A DNA stretch of 64,000 nucleotides from Camelus dromedarius (lineage: Eukaryota). Both the position numbers and the translations under genes were made by a program. Location of the stretch: assembly GCF_036321535.1 (NCBI RefSeq), contig NC_087455.1, forward strand, positions 1,302,001 to 1,366,000. Reading direction: 5' to 3'. Each line of letters opens with the position of its first letter. Positions within the stretch are counted from its first letter, which is position 1. Positions 47,901-59,392 of this stretch are shown one piece after another. A model generated the notes under the pieces. It did not search any database, was not told where the DNA came from, and saw only the letters and a program-made list of their open reading frames with translations.

Positions 47901-50184
47901 CAGTGCGGCGGGCAGGGCGGGCTCCAGGGCGCAGGGCCGACGAACCTTCCTGCCTCTAGACAGAGCCTTCATCTGCCAGCGTCTCTGAGGGCCTGCTCTG
48001 GGCCACGCACCCAGGATTCAGAGCAGAGGCACAGACCCATTGTGGAGAAACTCCCTGAGCAGGGGGTCTGTGATGCAGCCACCAGCTGAAAGAACCCAGG
48101 GGAGGGCATGTGCCTTCAGGGGGCAGCTCTGAGAGGAGGACTTCCTGGAGAAGGAGGGCTTTCCGTGGAATGCAGAAGAACCACACACAAGTCAGATGGG
48201 CCACGAAGAGGGGGCTGGGAGTGCAGCAGCCCGGGGCCAGCAACAGCAGACAGTGAAGAAAGGCCCTGAGGCTGAGTGGAGCCGACAGGGGCAGACAGGG
48301 TCAGGACCCCTGGCAGTAGGGGCCTTGGGCACCAGGCCTGTATCCAAGGCTGGAGGAAGCCAGTGCAGGGAGTGCCTCGGTCAGATTTCTGCTCCCTCAC
48401 GGGCCACAGGGCAGAGCACGGACTAAAGCTCAGGGTGCAGCCGAGAGGCTGTATCTGCCCATCAGAAGATGCCAGGGGCGTGCGTGTCGCCTTGGGGACG
48501 GCGTTCAGGAAAGACTTAGCTTCCCTCCCAGATTTTGGCCGGGGCTGGCAGACACCTCTCCCTGCACAGGGAAGTGATCCAGGAGGAGGAAAGGGGTAGG
48601 GTCTGGGACCTGCCTTTGGATGCCCAGGGGAGAAGCCCCACTGGGAGCAGTTAGACCTCGGGCTCCAGAACCCTCCCCCCTGAGTAGCTGGCAAGAGTGA
48701 GCCCCTCGTGGACACAGAGGAAGGTGAGAACCAGGCCCTGAAGTGGCTGGAGGAGGCCTGCATCTTCATTTGAGACTGGGGACACCTTCCCCGAGGGATT
48801 CAGGGGAAGTCGATGAGGTGGGTGGTTTTAGGCTCTTGAGGTCTCAGGTCTCTGGGCACGCAGGTCCCCTGTCCCCAGGGGTGGCCATCTTTCTGGGGAG
48901 GGTGCCCTGGGGGTGGAGGGGTGTGGCCCGTGCCAAGGTCCGAGCCCTGCTCCCCTGGCTCCTGCAGACAGCCTTTCCCTTGTTGATGACTCTCTTTGAG
49001 TTGGCTCGGAACCCGGATGTGCAGCAGGCCGTTCGCCAGGAGAGCCTGGTGGCTGAGGCCAGGATCTCTGAAAATCCCCAGAGGGCAACCACGGAGCTGC
49101 CACTGCTAAGGGCTGCCCTCAGGGAGACCTTGAGGTAGGCGTGGTAGACCTTGGCTGCCCCAGATGCCCTGGCCCCAGTGTCTGGAGAGCCCACTCCCTA
49201 GGGCTTGAGGACAGATCCTGGGGCTGACAAGCAGCTTTGCCCGAGGACACATCCCCCTGTGCCTTCCCTTCCTCCCCTAAAAGGATGGGGTGCTTCTTCC
49301 TCTGGGATGCCACCTCAATGTCCTGGGCCGTCCTCCATCCCGTCCCCACTGGCCCGGGGCTGCTCAGGCTGGGGGAGCTTTGGCTGAGCTCCAGAGCTGC
49401 CAGGAAGCAGCTGCTCAGGAGCGGGGCTTCCCAGTGCCAGAAGGGACCTGTGAGGGCAGTGGCCAGCTGCCCTTGGCCCATGAGTGCTGGGCCGGGAAGG
49501 CTGCAGAAGGGAAGTGAGGGGCCCTTTCACAGCGGAGGACCTTGTTGGACATCCCTATGCACAGGCTGTATCCCGTGGGTATCACCGTGGAGCGACGGGT
49601 GAGCTCAGACTTGGTGCTGCAGAACTACCACATCCCGGCTGGGGTGAGTGAGGCCCCAGAACCCTTCTGGCTGATACTCAGCCCGTTTGACCTTGGCCCA
49701 CGGGGCGGCTGACCCTAGCCCCTCCCCACCTGACTGCAGACTTTGGTGAAGGTGCTACTCTACTCCCTGGGTCGAAATGCAGCCGTGTTCGCCACGCCCG
49801 AGCGCTACCATCCCCAGCGCTGGCTGGACCACCAGGACTCTGGCGTCAGGTTCCCACACCTGGCCTTTGGCTTTGGTGTGCGCCAGTGCCTGGGGCGGCG
49901 CCTGGCAGAGGTAGAGATGCTGCTCCTGATGCACCATGTGAGTGGGCCGGGCTGGGGCCTGGGCGGGCAGCCCACTTGCAGACCCCAGGCTTCTGCTCCT
50001 GGGACGCCCAGCCACAGGGTCTTGGAAGGCGGGAGAGGCTGGGCCAGGCAGAACCCTGCCTCTGTCCTAGGTGCTGAAAAACTTCCTGGTGGAGTCACTG
50101 GTGCAAGAGGACATCAAGATGGTCTACCGCTTCATATTGATGCCCTCCACCCTCCCACTCCTTACCTTCCGGGCCATCAACTAG
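44903..50184 (+). CDS. CYP11B1: Mitochondrial cytochrome P450 11B (steroid 11-beta-hydroxylase, probably bifunctional), 503 aa; exons 44903-45141, 45515-45670, 46511-46710, 46839-47042, 47314-47468, 48968-49134, 49565-49643, 49740-49937, 50071-50184
   Basis: Exon sizes 239/156/200/204/155/167/79/198/114 total 1512 nt, the canonical CYP11B structure, all with GT-AG introns and an open frame. Motifs include the I-helix AGSVDTTA, K-helix ETLR and heme motif [10 protein letters not shown] (Cys450), plus an N-terminal mitochondrial presequence. Confidence 0.97.
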
Positions 50185-51706
50185 TCATGTCGCTGCACTG
50201 TCGGGCTGGGTAGGCCACAAGCCCCCCTATGCCTGACTCAAGGCCCCCTCGGTTCTCTCCTGGGGGCCCTGCTATCTAAGCCACACCACTGTCCAGCCAG
50301 CACTTTGCACAGATGGAACAGCCAGGCCCTCTAAGGATCAGGGCTTGCCATCATGAGCAGTAAGGCCAGAGCAGAGCTGGGGATGAGTCTTGGTTGCAGG
50401 TCCTGGCCATGCGCCCAGTCTCACCAGGGTCTTCTCCAGCAAGGAGCACCATCTGGGGGCTTGTGCAGCCCTGATGCCCCAGCACTAGCTCCAGGCCCCT
50501 CGTGTGTCCATCCGAGTGAGAGGCCTCAGATCCCACCCTCTGCTCCCCTTCCAGTCTCTTACGTCCTCTGTGCTCAACTCTGCCCCCATGCAAGAGCTGA
50601 CGACTTGGGTGTCCCCTGTCCTGCTCGTTGCCATTTCAAGCATCATGCCTTTTGTTCGCAGTGCTCTGGCATGCCACTGCCCTTCAGGCTGGGTTGTTAT
50701 CTGTCCATCTACCTCTTCTGCTCAGCCCACTTGGGCTCCTCCTGACAGTGCCTCCCTCCCAGATCTTGGACTGGGCTGGCAGACACCTCTCCCTGCACGT
50801 CCTCTGGGATTGGGCTGAAGAACCCAGCCAAGGGCCTGGAGAGGCAGGTTGAAAGTAGTGTTTACCAGAAGAGTAGCTACCAAAAAGCTGACTTGAACAT
50901 GTGAAAGCAGGAGGGGTGGTGAACCCCTCTGGCAGGAGGCAGGGCGACCACAGAGAAGCCTCTACAAGGAGGGTGTGTAGCCATCTCATGCTCCCTTTAG
51001 TAAAGCCCTCCGTCTGAAGTGCCTGTCTGGCCTCTGACAGTGACCCACAGGTGAGAGGCCACCTTGGCCATGTGGGTGGGAGAGGCTTGTGTTCAACAAG
51101 CCAGCCAGGGTCCCCCAGCTGGCAGGAGCGAGCAGTCTGTCTCGTGTCACCGGGGGCACAGTGACGCCCCCCCATGTACAAAGGGGGCCCAGAGGCAAGA
51201 TGAGAGGTGAGGGAGTCTCTCCACTCTCCCTCCGTCCCGTGTCACCCCCGTCTCACCCGCTGAGATCCAGGTCCTCAGTCACAGCAAGGGAGCAAGGGAG
51301 GAGGCGTCACCTTTCTGGCTGCACCAACCCTGCCAGCTCCAGGCCACCCCAGTGGCATCAGTCCGGTCCCAAGACCCCTGGAGGGGATGACCAGAGTCTG
51401 CACTCTCCTCACCTCTCCACTCCATCCACAGCTCACAGCAGGCCTGCTGCCAGGACCGTGCACTACTCTCAACCCCATCCGGCACTGCTGAAGGGGACTT
51501 GGAGAATCCCGGAGCAGAGAGGAGGGAAGTTCCAAGCACAAGATGGAGCCCTGCCTTAGCACGTGGGCTCAGCCCTCAATCCCGCTGAGACTCACCCTCT
51601 TCACGTGGGGATTCCTTAGAGTTACCAACTCGCCGGGCCCAGTGAGGACACAACTGACAGGACCGTATTTGGCAAATGCCCAGATTTCTGGCTCAGCTGG
51701 CACTCA

Positions 51707-51712
51707 ATAAAT
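51707..51712 (+). terminator. CYP11B1: Probable CYP11B polyadenylation signal AATAAA (3' UTR about 1.5 kb)
   Basis: First AATAAA found downstream of the stop codon at 50184. Confidence 0.6.
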
Positions 51713-54329
51713 GGGGATTTCTTCTCCCACCACTAAAACGTTGCTCTTTACTTGTGGCCCTGCTCCATGGTGGGTGGGGGACGTGATGGCAGGAAGGGAA
51801 TGAAAACATAGCTAGCCTGCAGTGAAGGTGTGTCACTCTGCCAGGCTTGGCACACACGTTCCCTTGGTCTCCACAGCAGCCCTAAAAGGCAAACACTGTG
51901 ATCAGCCCCGATTTGCGGATAAGGAAACTGAGGCTTAGAGAATTTGTTTACCTGCCAAAGTCTCGCAGCCCGTCCAGGGCAGGGGTACCGCCTGAACCTA
52001 GGATGCCAATCCCCTCCCCCTGAAAAGGCCTGGGACTGGGAGTGGCCTTGCACACACCTGGGAAACAGCCTCCAATGTAAAGCATCTCTGGATGCTTTCA
52101 AGATTGTCTCCTGGTGTTCTGTGTGTCTTCAGTTTTACTGTTTCAAGTCTACACAGGGTCCTATTTGTTTATGCTGCTTGGAATTTCCTGTGCCTTTCCA
52201 GTGAGAGTGTCCATCTGGCTCTTTCTAAAAACCCTCTAGGTGATCTCGATAGCCTACTGTTTAACGGCCATAATTCTTACAGCTCTGCACTTCTTCCAGT
52301 GTGGAAGTAGTGTTGCCTTTAAGATACCTGATGCCAAGAACTGGAACATCTTCTCTGATCCATGTGCAGCTGGGGCCTGGTCTGAGGCTGTTGGCCCAAG
52401 GGCTATCATTTTCCCACAGCCACTTTTGTCTTACTTGCTCAGCCTGGGAGCTCCTCTTCGTCATGAGCACCAGACCTAGATCAGTGTCAGGGCACCTTGG
52501 TTCTCGGGAGGAAATGTGTGCCCTCCTCCGTCCCAGTGGTAGGAAGCTAAGCCCCTCATCCTCTCCCAGAGCTGTGGGACAGGAGGCGTCTGTGCTCCAT
52601 TTTCAGTGTTGCTGTAGTGTTCTGAAAGCCTCGCGTCCCTGTGGGGTTCCAACTGCAGTTTCTAACCTCATGTCCTGAGCAGCGCATCCTTCCCCCGAAG
52701 GAACTGGAACGACCGGGCCATTAGGCTACTTGACCCCCCTCCCCTGGCGGCCGCTGTCCTGGCTCCTGTGCTCCTTCTTGCCTGGTCCAGGTCCCTCCTT
52801 GTCTCAGGACCCTGAAGAGGTCCTGCCCTTTTCTGCCAGCCCAGAAATGCGTTTCTCGCATGTTTTTGATTATGTATAGTTAGTTGCTAGAGTGGAAGGA
52901 TTTTCAGAGAATCAGCCCATAACTTTGCTAGAACCTGTAGACATTCACTGGCGCCTTGAAGCAGAGTCAGTGTCTGGATGCTCTGTCTGTGGCTGCCCTG
53001 GGGGTGGACCGAACATCCTCTCGTTGTCGAGTCAAGTCTCCACAAAGTGGTTTTCAGCTCTCTTGCAGAAATGGTTGCCTACCGTGCAAGAGAGTTCCCA
53101 GAATTACTGGTTGGTGGCCTTATGCACTTGGGAGAATGCTGGACCATAGGAGGATTGCCTGCCAAAGTCGGAAGCAGCTAAGCACCCCACTTTCCTTCAT
53201 CACTCAGTGCTGTTTACCAGGACTGCCTACATGTCCGGCCTCACGCTGTGCGGCAGTGAGCAAGACAAGCCCTCGCCCTCAGAGGGAGTGCACCCCGTGA
53301 GTCTAAACTATAGGAGTGGGGATTTATTGCAAAAATCTTGGTAACGGCAAGAGTGGGCACAATATAATTTTCTTTCAACAAAGGGACTGTTCACCTGAAG
53401 TGTGTCCGTTCAGTAGAACACTTAAGCATCTGAAAGAGAAATAAATAAGGCACCTCGCTAAGTGTCTGTACAGAACGATGTTCACCACGTAGTCACTAGA
53501 AAGGCAGGACACAGAGGTGCACCAGTTGTATGTATGGGCGCACACGGTCTGGCAAAGTAGACGTGGCGAGCCACCGACCTGGTTTCTGCCGGGGCGGGGG
53601 AGGTGACGCTCCTGGGGCTTGCCTGGTCACCACAGAAAAGTCCCAAAGGAGCAAGGCTAACCCCTTGCGGCCGGAAGGAAAGGCACTCAGGAGTCAGCAG
53701 CCATCCGCCTGGGGAGCAGTGAGCCCCAATAACGGGAAGCCAGGAGCGCACAGGGGGCCCGGGGGCTGCAGTGGAGCCCAGCCCAGGCCCTGGCCTTGGT
53801 CCGGGAGGAGAACAGGGCGTCCTCACAGTCCCACAGGGATGGGCCGGCACCCAGAGAGGCAGGAAGGGTGTGTCCGCACTAAGGCAATGGTCAGGGTGTG
53901 GCAGCAGAGGCCACACAGACACCCTCTAGGGACTTCAGCCCTGTGGCCACCACTCTGTCCACATCAGCGTAGGTTTCAGCGAGGGTGACCAACACTCTCT
54001 TCTAGAGGCCTGGGAGGCCATGTGGAGGGGCTGAGGTCAGGCCAAGGTGGGACTGGGCCAGCAAAGTGGAAGGGGTGACGGGGTGCCAGGCAAGGTGAGG
54101 AGAGGGCAGACATGGAGTGGAGAACAGGGTGCGGAAGGTGAATGCAAATGCCACCCTCGCAGGGGAGCACCACCGCAAGGATGTCCCCCCAGCTGGCTGA
54201 CACGTTGGGGGTGGGGAGGGACCGAGAGCCCCTCACCAGGCATTTGGCATGGCCCCTGCATGCTCCAGGGCCAACTCGGGCCACGCCCTCCCCTATTTCC
54301 TCCAAGAATCCTCATCAAGTGACTAGCAA

Positions 54330-55300
54330 ACCACATCCAGCAGCATGTAAAAGGAATTCTACATTCCGGACCAGTGGAATTCATCCCAGGAGTAAAGGTT
54401 GGCTTAATACCCCCAAGTCAAGGACTTGCCATCGGACAATAACCCCGTCCGTAGCATACAGAGGAAAATCACACTCCCACCTTCACAGACGCAGAAAGAG
54501 CATTTAACAAAAGTCAGCGCTGCTGCCGTGGTAAGAAATACTCCACAAACCGGGAGTAGAAGGGACTTTCTTCAACTGATAAAGGACATCCATTGAAAGC
54601 CCACAGCTAACACCATTCTGAAGAGGGAAGGACTGGCTGCTGTCCTAAGATTAGGAACAAGCATGCCTGCTCTGACCGCTCCCATTCACCATGGTCCTGG
54701 AGGTTCTAGCCAGAGCAGTTAGGCTCTCAGAATGAGCGGAAGTCATCCAAGTTGGAACGGAAGGAGGAAAACTCTCTCTATTCACAGATCATATGATCTT
54801 GTCTAGAAAACGACCTAAGGAAATCATTTTAAAAGTACTGTGCCTAATGGAGTCGTCCAGCAATATCTCAAGATACAAGTACATGATCCAAAAGCAGTCG
54901 TACTTCTCTTCATTGGTAATGCCAAATCCGAAAATACAATTAAGAAACCCATTCCATTTGCAAGAGCATCAAAAAGAGTGTAACACCTAGGAATTAAAAG
55001 ATGTCCAAAATTTATACTCAGAAAACCACAAAGCACCGTGGAAAGAAATTAAAGAAGAGCTACAGAGTTGGAAAGCATCCTGCACCCACGAATCAGAAGA
55101 TGCTGTCTTGCTCCCGTGGCGACACTCCTCATACAGGTCTCCAGACTCGACGCAACCCCTATGAAGACTCCAGCGGACTCCTTCGTAGAAAGTGCCAGGC
55201 TGACTCTAAAATTCACAGGGAACGCAAGGAAACTAGAAAAGTGGTCCTGGACCAGTCTTCCCGCGGGCATGTAGACTATGCCCTGGGGCTGTTTCGTTTT
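54330..55300 (+). mobile_element. Old L1 ORF2 relic; its 3' part is duplicated at 29718-30180
   Basis: Decayed RT-region sequence. The deletion breakpoint of copy 1 falls inside it. Confidence 0.65.
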
Positions 55301-57247
55301 TGACTAAAATACTCAATCTCTGTTCCCTCAAGTGGCAATATACTTTTGTCCGTGTGTGAGTGGTGCCTAACAAGGAAAACAACGGATCAGAGCTAACACC
55401 ACAAAGAAATCCGAGTACACAATACCCAAACCATCATGCTCTTTATTTCTCCCTCCAAACAAGCCCTAAATGGGTGACTTGCCAACGGGGGACCCCGTGG
55501 GTCACTGTCTCTGGCTCACAAAAGAGCAAAGGACAGCCAACTGGCTCTGGGGAATGGGGAGATGGTAAGACCCTCCAAAGGCAGCTTCTCATGTCAGTGT
55601 ATTGCTGACCGCAATGGAGGCAAAGCTCAGGAAAAAGGTTGACTGCCCTAATCGCACAGTTCCTTCCAATTCCTCCTCAACTGTCATTTCGGGGAGGATG
55701 TCCCTCTCAAGATTACTAATACCCCCCTCGTTGCAGGTCATACTATTACAGCAATGAACAAAATAGAAAGAGTTAGAACGAAAGTATTTTCTCCTGGGGG
55801 CTTCAGGAGGCTGCTGAGAGGGGTGCACAAATGTGCAGTTGTTTGTGCAGTTCTTGTAAACGAATAATTCACGTTCATCGTAACCTAAAAAAGTAAAGAT
55901 GACAATCATTGATTTCTCGTTTTCTGCTTGCAAATATCAAAGCACGTTTATCTTAACTAGCTCCATCCCTCACGTGTTGTTACACTGCCTGAAATTCTTG
56001 ATTGAGAAGACAATCCAAGTCCAATAAGGGTTCGGTGACTCCATGACACCTTCTCCTGGAGATGTTGTCTCGCTACACTGCCACCTCATCTCTGTATCTG
56101 GCCTCCCTATGAAGCTTCCTGGTGCCTGATCACGGAGCTGTACAAACGCATCGTCCTGTTCACCATTTGCTCTAAGAATTCTAGGGATCCGGAAGCAGAA
56201 CGGAGCCCAGGAAACATGTTTTGCTGATGTCCCAAGGTCACACAGACCCTCCAAGCAGAGGGCCCTTGTCATCTGGCCTCCAGCTGACTTTCTGCAGCTG
56301 GCCTCACCCTGCTAGAACGGGCTCCCGCCGCACCCCTCTGCCTGCCGTTCCCCGCCCCCGGCCCAGCACGGAGGCTGACGCACATTCACACCCACCTGCT
56401 CCCCAGTGCAGCCCTGGTGCCCCGTCCCAAGTACAGTCCCACTGGGACGCCTGTGAGCGCCTTCGCTGGAGGACTGGCCAGTGCCCTCGACCAGCCAAAG
56501 CCCTGTTCAGGCTCCACCTGAGGCCTGGCTCGAGAGTCCCTGAGTTAAGCTGCCGCGGCCTCACTCACCAGTTCTGTGCCCCTGGCCTCGCACAGACACC
56601 TCCTCCCGGAGCTCACGGGGGCACCTACCCACTCGGGCGGCCTCGCCTGCCTCAGAAAGTGCTGACGGCTGCGCCCCAGGCACCTGCTTTCCTTGATTTT
56701 CCGTTTGTGCCAAAGAGCTTGCTAAAGACCCACATTCTACAGAAAAGCGCACAATCGCAGGGCGACAGCTTCACGGACCCTCCCGAAGCGCACGTAACCG
56801 CAGAGCAGCATCCTGCTCGAGAAGCAGGCCTGGGTGGAAAGCCCCGCATTCCTCCCTCCGTTCCTCGACTCAGGCACGAGACGCGCCACGGCCAGAGGCG
56901 AGGAGGAAGCGCCCGGCTTTCCGAGCCTCCACGTGACTCGGCCTGCTTTTGAATCAACGGAAAGGAAATCCACCCGCGCTGCTCGTTTTTGCGTCTGCCG
57001 CCTCTTCTCTGCGGGGCTCTGTGCGGTCCGGCCCTGCCCCTGGCGAGGCCGCGCGGCGCTCCCTCTCGCGGTTGCGTACTTTCCACCGATGGACACACCT
57101 CACTTCACTGCGGATGGACACGGGGCTGCTTCTGGGTTTTATCGAGCCCAGGGGGTGCTGCAGCGAGTACTCTTGTCCTTGTCTTGGGGGTGGGGTGGGG
57201 GACGTGCGAGTCTCACGAGGTGTGTGCCAGGGCTGGCGACGCTGGGC
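54833..57247 (+). repeat. Direct segmental duplication, copy 2 (partner 29718-32133)
   Basis: The match starts at AAGTACTGTGCC and ends at GGCGACGCTGGGC. Confidence 0.95.
55442..55884 (-). pseudogene. Orphan copy of the GML last exon (coding part 55589-55884) with intact acceptor and polyA signal (55442-55447)
   Basis: Identical translation to 30474-30769 at offset 25115. The upstream intron is cut at 57247 and no matching exon 3 or exon 2 is found to the right. Confidence 0.88.
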
Positions 57248-59345
57248 AAGTGTTGCTCAGACCGTCTGTAGCAGGGGCTGGCAGACAAGAGCCTGTGGGA
57301 CCAGCCCAGGCCACCAACGTGTCGGTGACGGAAGCTTTGCTGGATCATAGGGACGATCGTACGGTTACGCATCCTCTGTGTCTGGTTCCAGCCCCACAAA
57401 GAGAACGTTTTGTAGGAGTGACAGAGACTGGACAGCCTCTGAAGCTGAAGACATTTACTGTCTGGTCTTTTCAGAGGAACGATGGTGACCGTAGTCCAGG
57501 GCTACAATAAATTCTGTCTCCTTGCTTCAGGGTCCAGAATCCATGGAGACAGATGAGTTTATGACAACTATGCGACTGTTTTAGTTTTTGTTTTTGTTTT
57601 GCCCACAGTACCTAGAACCTAAGTTCTACCAAGGTATTTTCATCCTGTGCTATCAGGTACGTGTGGATTTAGATTGTGATGACTGTGGTATCTATTTTAT
57701 TCCTTCACCTCTACAAAATGTGGTTCTTCACATAAGTAACGCTCTTGTGTTAATGTTTACTTAGCCTCAGTGTGTGTGTAAGAGTCCCTTGGGCAGCATT
57801 CAAATTGTAGACCCTTTTCTATATATTTTTTTCAATCTTGTCATGTCCTTATTTTAAAGCACGCCTCTAGTAAAGAGAACGTACTATCTTTTGTCTATCC
57901 CAAAAATCTTGGGTTCCTAACTGTAGCCATTTAAATAGTAATGCAAGTAATGATCTGGTTGTTTAAAAATTTCTTTTCCATTAAACGTTTTACTTTGAGA
58001 TGTTTGTATATTCAAATATATGGGCACAAAACACAGAAAGATCCTGTGTGTGCTTTCCTCAGTCATTCCCACTGACACTATCTTGCAAAACTATAGTATC
58101 ACAACTAACTAGGTTAGTGTCACTCCCCAAGCGAGGGGAGAGAATGGTGTTGGCCCCACAATCATCCCTCCTAAGGACGCATCAATCTCTTTCCCGCCCA
58201 GATCCCCAGACAGTGCGACCCTGCGATATGGATTTGGTGTCCGTTTCTGCAACTTTGTCATCCCTATAATGGTATACAAAACGAACAGTGTGTTATGTAA
58301 CCTTGGTGGAGTGTCATTTGTCATTAAGAATGAGTCCCTAGGCATTCAGTCAACTCAGGACGTCCAGCAATACTTTTGCTTTTCCTGCTGAGCAGCTCAC
58401 CTCCGTGAGAGAGTGCTGTGGTTTGCACACTACTGTAGGACATCTGGGTTTTTCTCCCGAGCATTTCAGATAAAGCTGCCGTAAACATCCATGGATGTGT
58501 TCTGTGTGGACACAGTTTCAGTGTCTCTGGGGAAATCACCCAGAAGTGGATTTGGGAATCTCATGGTAATTGCATAAGCAGTTTTTAAAGGAACTTGCAC
58601 TCTGTTCTACACACCTGCTGCGCCATTTTTTCATGTAACCAGCAATGCGGGAACAACCTGGTTTCTTTGTATCCTGTCCAGCATTTGGCGTGGTCACTCT
58701 GAAGTCCTCTCCACTGCCCCAGTCCTGCCCAGGCTTTCTGGAACCTCCCCCAGAGGTTCTCTCTGGAGTTCCCCTTCTCCCCATGTCCTGCCCAGACCTT
58801 CTGGGACTGTCTTCCCCCTCCCCCACCCCTGTCCCGCCCAGACCTCTGGACTCTTCCCCCACCCCCTCTGTCCCCTCCCACCGTCCCCCCCAACCCCGTT
58901 TCCCGCCCAGACCTTCTGGAACCTCCCCTGCAGCAGGGCCCTTCAGGGAAGCGCCTCTGGGGAACGGGGCCGCCCCGAGACCAGGCCGAACCTTCCGGAA
59001 GCCGCGCGAAGCCTGTCGGGAGACGCCCGTCCGACCTGCGGCTGAGAGAACGGGGCCTGGAGCCCGCCCGGCCTCCCCGCGCCCACCTGCGGCTCCCCGC
59101 GCCACACCGGCTGTGCGGGCCCTCGAGGTCGTGTCCGCGGAAGGTCACAAAGCTCGGGGCGGGGAACTGGGTCGGGCAGGGGGACGGAGGAAGGTTCCAG
59201 AAAGCCTGGGCGGGAAACAGGGTGGGGGCGGGGATGGCGGGAGGGGACAGAGGGGGTGGGGGAAGGTTCCAGAAAGCCTGGGCGGGACTCGGGCGTGCGG
59301 GGGTGGGAGCCGGTGGGGGTGGGGGCCGTGGGGCAGTGGGGCCGG
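56587..59345. repeat. Inverted segmental duplication, right arm (partner 39607-42561)
   Basis: Reverse complement of the left arm apart from the VNTR copy number and three small differences at 56590-56645. Confidence 0.95.
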
Positions 59346-59392
59346 TGGCGGGGACGGAGGAAGGTTCCAGAAGGTCTGGGCAGGACTCAGGG
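58715..59392. repeat. Mirror copy of the minisatellite/CpG cassette with four perfect HSEs (58987-59001, 59189-59203, 59261-59275, 59359-59373)
   Basis: Reverse complement of the left cassette. The last HSE lies outside the near-identical arm. Confidence 0.85.
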
